From Paramoeba atlantica (Eukaryota > Protista > Discosea): DNA of 64,000 nucleotides. The notes under the pieces are model-generated. The model had not been told where the DNA came from, made no database searches, and was given only the letters and a program-made list of their open reading frames with translations. This document shows positions 21,123 to 31,639 of the stretch, one piece after another (the stretch's first letter is position 1; each line of letters starts with the position of its first letter). The stretch lies in contig CDRNVI010000020.1 in NCBI GenBank assembly GCA_977017575.1, positions 310,001 through 374,000 on the forward strand, read 5' to 3'. A program made the position numbers and the translations under genes.

Positions 21123-23159
21123 ATGTGGAAACCCCATTTTCGTTCTCGGATATCCTCCCCAACACTCCCTACTTGTGTGTTACCCCGGATCTATTTCACT
21201 ACAAGAACCTCTATAAAAGAGGTTTCCTCAGAAGATATCCCTCAGCACACTCACAGTCAGCAACCACGTTGCGGTTTACTCCGGAGCACCCCTCTCCTGC
21301 TGCGTCGTGGTGACCCCTATGTAGTCTCCAACACTCTGTACAACGAATTTGAGCTCGCCGAGACCGACTATGGTCGGCTCCTGTTACAGGAGGCTCACCG
21401 CAAACACCCCCTAAACCCCGCCCCGGACGAAGTCCCACGCTGGACCATCGGGGAAGATCACGCCTCCCTCCCCGTACCCTCCGGCACGGAACTCACCGCC
21501 GACGCCGCTCGTCGGCACTCCGCCCGGGTACTCTGCACCAAATCCCCAGCCCAGGACAACCCCATCACATCAACCCCCCCGTCCACGACAGGGGCAACGC
21601 CCCCAATGGCCTCAACCCCTTCACAACCGCTGGCTTCAGAGACCCCTTCCACTCCAGGGACAGCCCCTCGGCCCCCCACCCCCGCAGCCCCCCCGTCCCC
21701 CCGCGCCCCCGTCTCCGCCATCAACCCCACCCGGGCTGCGGAGATCCAGCAAGCCGCCAGCCTCGGGGAGGACAAGAAGTTTGCCTGCCACCTGTGCAGC
21801 AAAAGCTTCCGTCTCTCCATGGCCCTGGAGCACCATTTGAATACCAAACACGACGGGGCGCGCCCCGTGGAGGCAACGAACCGACAGCAAGCCCCCACAG
21901 GAGGGAGTGGGGGGAGTAACAATAACAACAGTGGTGGTAGCAGTAGCAGTAGTGCCACAAACATGAGCTCGAGTTCTGGAAGTAAGACGCGGGTGAGTCT
22001 TACCTCTGTGAGTACAAAGACAGGGAGTAGTAGTACGGCTTCTGTTGTGGGGTATGACCCGGCGGTTAGTGAGGAGCTTCGTAGCTCCCTGCTCTCGCTG
22101 TGGGATGAGCTTGGTACCACACGGTGGGGGGCGGGGACGCGAAAGTTCCAGCGTGTCCGGGTCTACACGATGGAGGAAATCAAAGGGTTCGCGGAGCGCG
22201 CACGTGGGGGGACGGTCATACGCAGTGCCGGGGAGAGCGGGGTGGCGGTGGATCCGGTCCCGTTGAGCGTGACGATCCCCTCCTCCCCCGCTTCCGGGGG
22301 AGGAGCTTCCTCGGCGAGCGGTGCCGGGGCTGTGGGGGGTTCCGCGGAGCCCCCACGAGGCGCTACCCCTGCGGGTCCGTTCAACCCGTTCTCCCCACTT
22401 GCCGGGGACCAGGGTACGACCCCTGGGGTGTTTGATCCGACTTTCTCTGCCCCTCCGGGGTCGGTGGAGAGTACCGCCGCCTCCCCCGCCGGGGTAGTCC
22501 CGGGGATGGACCCCTCGCTGGACAGCGAGAAACGGTTTCAATGCACCATCTGCGGGAAAGGGTTCAAAACCCAGCTTGGGCTCACGGGACACTATGAGAC
22601 CAAGCACCCCGGGCAGGCCAGCGCGGTGGCCTCGGCGGGGAGCACAGCCTCGGGGTCGAAAGCCGATACCCCTCGTCCCACGATTGGGATTAACCTCGAG
22701 AACATCCCGGCCTATGTCCCTACCCCGGTGGACATGAGTAAAGTCCCGGGCCAGGGGGCCTCGGAGGGTGACCCCCGGGCTGCGTTGTTAGCCGAGGAGC
22801 TCAAGAACGCCAACGTGTCACTCGAGCAGGATGTTGTGGTCCATGCCCGGAGCTACACGAACATCACACTCAGCGGGGTGGTGTGTGAGCTCGCGAGTGG
22901 GTACCAGGGGATGACCCCGGTGACACAGTTCTCCTTGGTGGTGGACGTCGCCGAGGCTGGGGTCCCTCCAGAGTGTGTGACAATCCGAGTCTACGGCAGC
23001 ACACTGTCGAAACGGGCCCAGGCCACGCTGCGGGAGGGGAATCTGGTGATGGTGATAGGGCTGTTACGGCTCAACCCCGTCGCGCTGGGGTCACGGTTTT
23101 ATAACAATCCTTTTATTACGGTGGCCGACAGCGGTGGAGCGGTTCTTCCTCTAGCATAA
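21123..23159 (+). CDS. RNA-editing complex protein, KREPA1/KREPA2 (MP81/MP63)-like
   Basis: Two C2H2 fingers (CHLCSKSF..HHLNTKH; CTICGKGF..HYETKH), an LLSLWDELG ligase-binding-like helix between them, and a C-terminal OB fold (VHARSYTNITLSGVV...). Confidence 0.8.
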   Translation: MWKPHFRSRISSPTLPTCVLPRIYFTTRTSIKEVSSEDIPQHTHSQQPRCGLLRSTPLLLRRGDPYVVSNTLYNEFELAETDYGRLLLQEAHRKHPLNPAPDEVPRWTIGEDHASLPVPSGTELTADAARRHSARVLCTKSPAQDNPITSTPPSTTGATPPMASTPSQPLASETPSTPGTAPRPPTPAAPPSPRAPVSAINPTRAAEIQQAASLGEDKKFACHLCSKSFRLSMALEHHLNTKHDGARPVEATNRQQAPTGGSGGSNNNNSGGSSSSSATNMSSSSGSKTRVSLTSVSTKTGSSSTASVVGYDPAVSEELRSSLLSLWDELGTTRWGAGTRKFQRVRVYTMEEIKGFAERARGGTVIRSAGESGVAVDPVPLSVTIPSSPASGGGASSASGAGAVGGSAEPPRGATPAGPFNPFSPLAGDQGTTPGVFDPTFSAPPGSVESTAASPAGVVPGMDPSLDSEKRFQCTICGKGFKTQLGLTGHYETKHPGQASAVASAGSTASGSKADTPRPTIGINLENIPAYVPTPVDMSKVPGQGASEGDPRAALLAEELKNANVSLEQDVVVHARSYTNITLSGVVCELASGYQGMTPVTQFSLVVDVAEAGVPPECVTIRVYGSTLSKRAQATLREGNLVMVIGLLRLNPVALGSRFYNNPFITVADSGGAVLPLA

Positions 23160-23562
23160 TTCCTGGGCAAATGAGGTGAAAGGTGGACTGGGTTGAGTTC
23201 TAAGTTCCTATTGATCTTGACTGTCCATCTGTAGTTTAACAAAGTTGTTTGACATTGTGTGCTTTAATGAAGCATCAATCCGTCGATAGGAACAATATTG
23301 TGAATTAAGTTTTTGGGTTTGTGTACCTCTTAACGGAGACGTGGAATTGGATGACGTGGAATTTCGATTTTACAAGTTCAGTTTCTTGAAATCTTTCTTT
23401 CCTATGTTTTGGTAATATTGGAAGTTTTGCGACGTATTTCATCACTCGATATTTCTTCCAATGATAGCTTTTTTGTGAAGTTATGTTTTTCGAATTCATG
23501 TTGTTCGCACACACTCAGAGCTGGTCAGCGACAGCGCACTCAAGGGGTAAAGTGTAAAACAC

Positions 23563-25479
23563 ATGTGGCCCTTTCGCTTACGGAGCGAGGTTTTTTCACA
23601 CATTCGCAAATTGTTCTTAACCCTCCATAAATGTGAGAGGATAGTGAAAGTAGAAAATGGGAATGCATTTAGGGGGCCGCTTGACTTTAATGTTATTCGA
23701 AAAATACTTTCTTGTGTCACAAGTGTTCAGATACCCGCCTGTGGTATTAACTCTATCGATACCTTGAAGATTTCAGATAATGCAGCACTTGTTAATGACA
23801 TCCGAGTTCTGCGTCTTTATCTACTTAATGACTATGTGCAATACGTATCACAGGAATGGGATACATTTTTGGGGTATGTGGAGTCACTCCTTCAGCGAGA
23901 GCTCAAATCGGCAAAAAGTGAAAATGTGCCAAAGGGTAGCGCGGAGTCATGCAAACTTGATGTCATTGGGACATCACTGGAAAAAACTACCGGTCATATT
24001 GGGTGTATAATAAATGTTATCTCTAGAATAAGAGAACGCATGATGGATGCGGCCACCGTGAATGATCCGGGCTGTGAATCTTATTGCCCATCGATCATAG
24101 TACCGGGAAATAATCATGTAAAAATATGCGGACACAAAAATATCTTCTTTTCAAGATCGCTTGCGAAACCAGCAGTTGATCGTTTTTACAAGGCAACATT
24201 AGATACCGATTTTCATGTGACTGTGCAGCACTTGCCTTGTCCTGAGACGTATGCATATCCACGGAATTCTATCACGTCCTCTCTTTCCTTGAATAAGATT
24301 CATAAAAATGCCAAGGTTGCGCGCAACCGTCGCTTGAATGATTCACCGGCAAGTGACTACCGTGGTGTAGTAGCAGCAAAAGGTTTTATTGCAGGGAAAA
24401 TTATATTTTACGAGGCCCCATTAATTTTTAGTCCATCTTACGGCGCACATCCTAGTGCTAATCAACTTTGTGACGGATGTGGCAAACGATTGTGCTCAGA
24501 GTCTGGAGGACGCGATAGGATGGCCTCGTCGCAAAAAAATGTCACAAAAGTCCAGACAGAACAAACTAGAAATTCTTCCATTTTTGGAGATGAAAGGAAT
24601 ACTATTTCCGATTTATTGAATTCCTCTGACGACGAATCTTTTGAAAACGAATTGAGCGAGTCGACTTCAATCTCTAAGCCCCACGTATGTACCAAAGCAA
24701 ACACATCGGGTTGCATGCAAAAATGGTGCAGTGAAAACTGTCGCAAAACGTCTTGTAATCTATACCACAGAAGTCATTGTAGCGCCGAGTACAATCTGCG
24801 ATACTTATTTGGACCATTAGGAGCGTATCAGGTTAACGCAAAATCTCGAGACACCATTAGAATACTTGCGCCTCTTCTTCACAGACTTTATGCGCAACTT
24901 CAATGCGGGAAATGTCGGAAATCTTTCGCTGGGAATCTCGGACAAAGTGCTCGTAATCGAAAAACTAAATCCTCATTAAAGTCGTTTTATGAAAAATATA
25001 TGCGTAGCTTGGCTTCGGACTATGTCCTATCCTCTGAGGAGTTTCCTCTAAGTGACCTTGCGTATCTCTATGAAATAGGTTTGCACTACGGATTCTCTGC
25101 ACAGCACCTCGACGCTTCTATCTTACTTCAAATTTGCCGTGTCCTACTTACTAACTTCTTTCAGCTTGGGAACGGTAAAGGTTGTGGTTTTTTCCCTCGT
25201 ATAGCAAGTTTTATAAACCACAACTGCAATCCCAATGCGTGTTACAGCTGGGAGAATTTACCACAAAATCCGAGGATCGTCAAAAAAGGAATACAACAGA
25301 TGGGTTCCCGTGTTCTTTGTTTTCGTGCACTGAGGAACATACAAGCGGGCGAGGAGGTTACGATTTCATACTTGCCGATGTCCATCGGGAACCAAGAAAG
25401 GGTACCCGAGGGTGTTCTGCGCCGCCCTTTTCTAGAACGGTACAACATCGTATGTAATTGTGGTCTCTGCGTTGTCTAG
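23563..25479 (+). CDS. SMYD-like SET-domain methyltransferase
   Basis: Split SET domain (RGVVAAKG..; FINHNCNPN; ALRNIQAGEEVTISY), MYND-like cysteines and a post-SET CNCGLC. Confidence 0.88.
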   Translation: MWPFRLRSEVFSHIRKLFLTLHKCERIVKVENGNAFRGPLDFNVIRKILSCVTSVQIPACGINSIDTLKISDNAALVNDIRVLRLYLLNDYVQYVSQEWDTFLGYVESLLQRELKSAKSENVPKGSAESCKLDVIGTSLEKTTGHIGCIINVISRIRERMMDAATVNDPGCESYCPSIIVPGNNHVKICGHKNIFFSRSLAKPAVDRFYKATLDTDFHVTVQHLPCPETYAYPRNSITSSLSLNKIHKNAKVARNRRLNDSPASDYRGVVAAKGFIAGKIIFYEAPLIFSPSYGAHPSANQLCDGCGKRLCSESGGRDRMASSQKNVTKVQTEQTRNSSIFGDERNTISDLLNSSDDESFENELSESTSISKPHVCTKANTSGCMQKWCSENCRKTSCNLYHRSHCSAEYNLRYLFGPLGAYQVNAKSRDTIRILAPLLHRLYAQLQCGKCRKSFAGNLGQSARNRKTKSSLKSFYEKYMRSLASDYVLSSEEFPLSDLAYLYEIGLHYGFSAQHLDASILLQICRVLLTNFFQLGNGKGCGFFPRIASFINHNCNPNACYSWENLPQNPRIVKKGIQQMGSRVLCFRALRNIQAGEEVTISYLPMSIGNQERVPEGVLRRPFLERYNIVCNCGLCVV

Positions 25480-25519
25480 TAAAACTGTATCGAAATTCTT
25501 TTTTCGTTCACAAAGCATT

Positions 25520-26003
25520 TCACGTATAGTGCCTTCAGACATTCCCACCATAAAACCTTTCTCGGCCTCTTGTTCAACTTTCTTGCTGTCTTGGTGACCT
25601 CCGTGAGGCTGAGAGAATGAGTTGGTCGCCTTGTGGTATTGTCGAATTAGACCATTCACATTTTCCACCGCCTCCTTTTCCCATGAATGGTACGGAGCGC
25701 AGAAATATGAATTGCAACGAAGGTTTTTATTCACTCTTTCATCTTTCGAAATTTCTGTCCCGTTCCACAGGCCCACGGATAGCCAGGGACGCACAGCCTT
25801 AATCGCCAGGCGGCGCTTTGACACTCTGTGTGCGCGGCTGGCTTCGTAACGACGACCCCGTTTCTTGTTACGGGTCAGCTCATGGCTAACGGTGCTAAGG
25901 GATTTACCGATGGCCGTGCCGATCTCACGCCGTGTTGCGCCTGCCTCAACATCTCTTGAATGGTGACTCTGCCCCTTTGCCCGAGCCTCTGATATTTTGA
26001 CAT
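25520..26003 (-). mobile_element. IS30-family transposase remnant (internally deleted, frameshifted)
   Basis: MSKYQRL..RVTIQEMLRQ/GATRREIGTAIGKSLSTVSHELTRN (IS30 HTH) is joined to NGTE..YFCAPYHSWEKEAVENVNGLIRQY and, after a shift, KLNKRPRKVL (IS30 C-terminus). Confidence 0.85.
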
Positions 26004-26096
26004 GAGGAATGAAGAAAAAACAATTAGAGTATACAGTATAGATATTGGGGTTATAGTAGAATAGAACTAGCAACGAATTTCCAAAAATAGACTTTT

Positions 26097-26167
26097 GGTG
26101 CACTGGATATGATAATCTAAAAAAAAGTGCACTGGATATGATAATTTGGTGCACTGGATAAGATAAT
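26097..26167. repeat. Three copies of GTGCACTGGATA(T/A)GATAAT (subterminal-repeat-like)
   Basis: Copies at about 26097, 26127 and 26148; related to the motifs at 30117-30279 and 31555-31626. Confidence 0.8.
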
Positions 26168-26870
26168 CCACCGTTCCATTACAAAATGTTTCGCAACGTA
26201 GGAAGAAACACGGACGTCCAGAAGGATCACAGGCTCCCCCACGTACAGTTCGAACCTCAGATTTGGATATCTTAAAACCTCTTTGCGTGTTCGAGCAATT
26301 AATCCTCGAGAAATCGCTGCCACGGAAGGTTCGTTTACACATCTAGAAGCTTTGTTTTGGAATCTGATTGCATCCAGAAGGTCTCTCTCCTCTTCAACTT
26401 TAAGGATACCAGCTTGGCCCCGAGGCTTGCTACCGATCGTTCCCTGCGAAATCCGCCAGGCAGTGCTGTAGCAATGGTTTTTTTCGTGAGTTGAATTCCA
26501 ACACGTTACAGCGTGCTAATGTGCTGTGCTGATGTTTTGATGTTCTGACACAAAACTTAAAATTCACTCTTTCCTTCGTTAGCCAGAGAGTTGTAATGCA
26601 TTTTACTTTTGCTTTTCAATCATGTTTTTCATGCTTTTCATGTTTCATGAATTCATGCTCTTCAATCATGAAATGAATCAATGTTCACTTCGAATTCTGC
26701 CATATACCATATCACCACAGACGCGTCCCCCCCCTAAGGTATTGGTAACCTGTTCTGGGCTGTGAAGCTGCCCTAAGAGCTTGATGTGGCGCTTCACGGG
26801 CCCAGAGATCATCCGAGGGCGCACAGGTGTGTTTTTCAAGCGTCGCGTGGATACTCTTTCAGCATAATAA

Positions 26871-27440
26871 TTAGGCTCTTCGTTAAACGCGGTGGTTCTT
26901 TTGGGTGAAAAAGCTCGATTTTATGGTAAAAATTGCGAAATTTTACACCGAATTTGGGCTGTTTTGGATGCCTTACCAGTAGGGGCAGGAGTCGAATCTG
27001 TCGACAAAAACGTCGTAGAATGGTAGCTGAGGTCCAAAACTCTCGAAATACGGTTTAGGAGTCGATTTTGGAAAAATAATATTTTTGCTTTTTTTTGGGT
27101 TTTAGTCCTCCCAAAAATTTCGCAATCTTTGACCTTGTCGGACCCCTCCCGCGCGTACCAGGGGGGGTACCCCTAGGTGGGGGGGTGGAAAGTCATCGCC
27201 GCGGCCTACTCTACCACTTCCCTGCGCTCGATTTCGAAAATCAAGATTTTGAAATTTTCAAAAAACGACGTATGCCCCCTGGACCCCCCCCTGGACCCCC
27301 ATTTTTTTCAATTTTGGACCACCGGGGCCCCCCTTTATATTTTTTTCTTCTATAATACTGTGTTCCTCTTTATATTTTCACTGTTTTTCACTGTTTTTCA
27401 ATAATCGAGGGTAGAGCGGTAGTTATACAACCACCGCAAT
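26871..27440 (+). mobile_element. Double-hairpin element, subfamily 2, with deletion in the large hairpin
   Basis: Starts TTAGGCTCTTCGTTAAACGCGGTGGTT, interior matches the reverse complement of 60649-61365, ends CAACCACCGCAAT. Confidence 0.85.
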
Positions 27441-27568
27441 CCACCAGGTACACTGCGAAGGTGACAGTCTGTTCTACTAGGCGGCCGTATTCTGTCGATT
27501 TTTTAAGGAAAGAGAAATAAAGGTTATTAAAGTTTTATAGTAAAATAAAGTAAATCCTTTAATAAGTA

Positions 27569-29932
27569 CAGTGTACACAATTATTAGTGTAATAATAATT
27601 CGTAAAACAAAAATTAGTAAATTTTTAATTAGTAAAACATTTTGCAAAATTCAGGTTTTACACCTTAAATGTTTTTTTATTTTTTTCGGAATTTATTTTT
27701 TTTTACGAAAAGTTTTCAGACTACTATGTCGCACGACATCGGAGAAATGTTATTTCTCAGCAATCTGATAAGTGCTTCGTCTAGCAACACGCCCTCCGGA
27801 ACTTCCTTAGCAGATGAGCAAAAGAATTGGTTATTCGAACACACTCGTGGTGTTTTTCGGGGCGAAGATGTTCGACGAAAGTTTGAGCTGAAATTTCATC
27901 GAAGTCTCAGTTCAGCCGCTATCACCAAGTACAAGCGCATTGCGCGTTTGGATGACGTTGGTTCTCGGGGTCGAAAGAGTCTTCTCACGGAAGACGAAGA
28001 AGCTCAGTTGTTAAAAGCTTTTTTGCTGATTCGACGAACTGGCGTTGCCGTCGACGCAGCTCGCGTAGCCAACATTACGAAAGGTATCGGAGAGCAGCGA
28101 CAGACGGGATCCACAGTGCTGAACGGTGGCACGTTGAAGTTTTCGATTTCTTGGGCAAACTCTTGGATGCACCGCAATGGCATTAAGGTGCGACGGGCAA
28201 CTACAACTCGAACTGTGACACCTATTGAAGTTGCACAGGCAGCTAATGTATTTTTTTCTCATCTACGTGGCCTAAAATCTTTCGGTGTTCGAAAAGAGCT
28301 TGTTTTTAACGCGGACGAGTTTTTCGTTGGTCTTTCTCCAGAAGGCTCAAACATGAAGTGGATTGAATGAAAATGAAGTGGATTGACGTCGGAGAAAGTA
28401 GAAGTGTTGCAATCCAGAATCGCAAAGGGGGTTTCACTTGTACGGTGCTAGCGAATGCTGCTGGTGATTTGAATCTTCTACAATTCATTTTTCGGGGTAC
28501 CTCCCGCATGTTTGTCGACGTTGAACACAGTGATCGAGTTCTACAGTGCGCTCGGACAGGATCTCACTTTCAGGATTCAAGCACTTGGGCCGAATTTCTA
28601 GAAAGATTTCTTGATATTGTTGGTGTGGAGAGGAGCAAACTTTCAGACGTTAACACTCCGGCTCTCTTTATCATAGATGGTGCAACTCAACACAAAGACT
28701 CTGCCACGGCGCTTTCCTCCAAAAGCTGCCAGTGTGTAGAAATTCCGCCTAAAATGACTCACGTTTTTCAGCCGGCGGATCAGTTTGTGATATCTGGGTT
28801 GAAAGTCAAGGCTCGAGCACTTTTCAATGGTTATGTTGCTCGCATTTTTGCCCGTCAAAATGTCGAAGATGCCGTCCATGAAATGGTTATGTCTTCCGCT
28901 TCACATCTCCGAACGCAAAAAGTCACGCTAATTACCAAAGCTATGCGAGAAATTACTCGTGCTCAAGTCATTGCTTCTTGGAAAGTTACGGGTATAACTG
29001 CCGCTCTTTTTGATGAAACTGAGAGGTGTACTCCGACACGAGCCGACGCGTACGCATCCTTGCTCACCGACAGCGAACGTGAAACAGTCAGCAGACATGG
29101 AGATGAGCTACAAGAAATGCACGTAAATGTTAACGTTGATGAAATCGAACCCCCCGAAGACCAAGATATTCGACAGGAAAATATTCAGCATATTGTCTCT
29201 CTTCAAAGCAAGAAACGAGGTCGTCCTCCCAACCCCAGCCTTTCTGAACGGCTTGAGTCAAATAGAATTGAGAAGGAAAAAAAGAATTAAGCTCGTGAGG
29301 AAGGATACAAACTGAAAGAACAGACAAAAGGCATGAGTCGAGCTCAGAAGAAGTTATTCTTTTCTCAAAAGAAGTGTGCAAAACTAGATCTATGGGGTTT
29401 CGGGAAGACTTCTTCTGAAATTGAGACATCCGCCAGTGCAGAAAATACATTTTTCTCTGAAGCTACGTCTATATGCACGCCTATTCGTTTAACTCCTCGA
29501 AAGGTCCAGTCAGATAAATACAAATGCATGCACAGTAATCACATTGACTATAGCAGCGATTATGAAGACAGTTCGGAATTTGAAGGGGAAAGTGAAACGG
29601 AAAGCGAGCAAGATTTCTGTGAGCAATATTTCTATGAGCAAGATTTTTATTAATATTATTTTTTCTGGGTGTTTTTTACTCTGTGCTACAGACACATATT
29701 ACTTTCCCCGCTCCTGATTTTTTTCTGAATCTCTGACTTTCTTGTTCGTTATATTCCTATTTTTAAAAGGCTTTCTTCGCTCCTCGAACGCGAAACATCG
29801 CTCTCTTGTATTTAAGACATTTTATCAAGTTGGCAAATTTTTTGGGGGCAGCGCAAAAATTAGTGAATTTTTAATTAGTAAAACTTTTTTGCTATCTTAC
29901 AATAAAAGTTTTACTAATTTTTGCGAGCACTG
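27569..29932 (+). mobile_element. pogo-family DNA transposon, about 2.36 kb, degenerate TIRs, TA TSD
   Basis: TA|CAGTGTACACAATTATTAGT ... ACTAATTTTTGCGAGCACTG|TA. The direct repeat AAAATTAGTRAATTTTTAATTAGTAAAAC lies near both ends and brackets a transposase. Confidence 0.75.
27726..29653 (+). pseudogene. pogo/Tc5 transposase (HTH + DDE_1), disrupted
   Basis: SWANSWMHRNGI (Tc5 HTH), VFNADE, FIIDGATQH and FQPAD (D-33aa-D), KKRGRP. A 20-bp insertion with a 14-bp duplication at about 28352-28385 breaks the frame, and an in-frame TAA at 29288 is followed by continued coding. Confidence 0.88.
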
Positions 29933-29939
29933 TACATCC

Positions 29940-30135
29940 TTTTGTTTTGGTCAAAAATATTTTTTTTGGGGTCATCCCAAAAATTTCGGAATTTTCGAAC
30001 TTGTCGGACCCCTCCTGCGCGTACCAGGGGGGTCACCCCCAGGTGGGGGGGGAGGGTAGAAAAACATCGCCGCGGCATACTCTAGCACTTTCCTGTCCTC
30101 GATTTTGGAAAGCAAAAAAATTGAAAAACAAATCG
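29940..30135 (+). mobile_element. Internal fragment of double-hairpin element subfamily 2
   Basis: CTTGTCGGACCCCTCCTGCGCGTACCAGGGGG.. matches about 27130-27290. Confidence 0.75.
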
Positions 30136-30394
30136 CGACGTATGCCCCCCGGGACCTCCCCCGTGGACTCCTGGATTGTCATACTCAGTGCACCACCTTT
30201 TTGTCATACTCAGTGCACCCAGTCATACCCAAAAAATCACCCTTCTGAAATGTCGACATTTCGTCATACTCAGTGCACCAAGAAAAAGCAGTGGACATGT
30301 CACAGCGTACGAACGTGTGTGCTACTGCTGCATAACACCTGAGAGTGTAAAAGTATAAAAAAGAATACTTAAAAGTATAAATGTGTTAATAATA

Positions 30395-30490
30395 CCGTTA
30401 TCCCCCCCTTACTTAGCCCCCACTTTTCGGTCCAAAACTCGTACTTTGTGGTGAAGTAAGGGGGGTGGTGAAGTAAGGGGGGTGAATAAG
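30395..30490. mobile_element. Orphan TA|CCGT-type TIR end
   Basis: TA|CCGTTATCCCCCCCTTACTT followed by inverted AAGTAAGGGGGG repeats; no partner end found. Confidence 0.45.
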
Positions 30491-30860
30491 TGATTCAAAG
30501 TTATAAATTCGAATTTGTAGTTCTCTCGGAAATCCTCAAACTATTGAAGTACACTATGCTATCGACATTGAGCATAATTTCCTTTTCTTGAGTTTTGGAA
30601 TACCTCGTGTTGCACATTCTATATTTTATGTTACTTTTAGCTTGTCCACGTTGTCCCATGCGTTTTTAACTTTACCCCATGAAATCTTCTTACATCGTAA
30701 AATTTAAATGATGTCGCAGAGTATTGAACCTATTGAACACCAATTTAAATTTTAGAACTACAAGACGCTGTGGCACAACTTTATGATCAAAGCGATGATG
30801 AAACTGACATGGAAGAAAATCGTTCTGAATTTGAAATGATTCAACGAATCTAAATCATTT

Positions 30861-31148
30861 CGGGTTGCTCCGATCGGTCACTGGCAAGCCAGACCCTTCA
30901 CAGACAGATTTAACCCCCCACCTAAAGGATGTGTTGTGTGGAAATGCCTGGAACCACCTCAATCTTCCGGCACGTTCCTAGGGATCACGTATTGGCGGGT
31001 GGAGGAAACATTGCATTGGAAACATTGCGTATCCAACGGTGAGCGTTGGGCACAACTCTCGGTAGGATGCTGCACAATCCGGCAGATTCTCTTACACGTC
31101 AACAGAAAGGATTGTGCACGGATCACGCGTTATTGGTTAATGTCATGA
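30861..31148 (+). mobile_element. Retroelement-like fragment
   Basis: 30861-30911 matches the minus strand of about 41945-41995 (GCTCCG..GGTCACTGGCAAGCCAGACCC.TCACAGACAGATTT). The frame continues into SGTFLGITY, which resembles an RT C-terminal FLG motif. Confidence 0.45.
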
Positions 31149-31639
31149 AACAAGCACAGTTGCACGTGCAGTTCCGAACTTAATCTATCGCAAAACAAAA
31201 ACAAAAAACGATTCGTTAATTTAAACGTGCGAATTTTGTTTATGTGCCTTTTCTTCAATCTCATAGTTTTAAATAAACGTACTTCATCTCCTTTGTAACA
31301 ACATTTTGTCAACAGTTCCCATCAAGAAGACCATCCCGTTACCCGCAAATGAAGGTTACTGTAGTGGGCAGCTACCTATCAAGTAGAACCTATTAGGTAT
31401 AAGTGAAACCGTTCTCATTTGCTAGCCTTCCTGTCAGCTCGCTACCCAAAAGATCACTAGCCTATGAAAACATCCCCCTTTTATTCAGGGGTGGTACCTG
31501 ACATTGATGTTTTTGTTATATTCATCATTTCAATTATGATAAAATGTACCTCTCGGTGCACTGAGTATGATAATCCTATAAATTGTGGTGCTCTGAGTAT
31601 GACAATTTGGTGCACTCACATTGACAATCCACCATGGAC

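Larger units (their letters stand above)
30117..31626. mobile_element. Remnant bounded by inverted clusters of (T)GTCATACTCAGTGCACC repeats
   Basis: Three copies at 30117, 30142 and 30263; three inverted, more degenerate copies at 31555, 31587 and 31609. Confidence 0.55.

Noticed and set aside
21458-22607. Antisense and alternate-frame ORFs over GC-rich genes (also near 4100, 10500, 49200, 54700, 57700)
   Set aside because: Shadow ORFs caused by GC-rich skewed islands; low-complexity translations overlapping well-supported genes.
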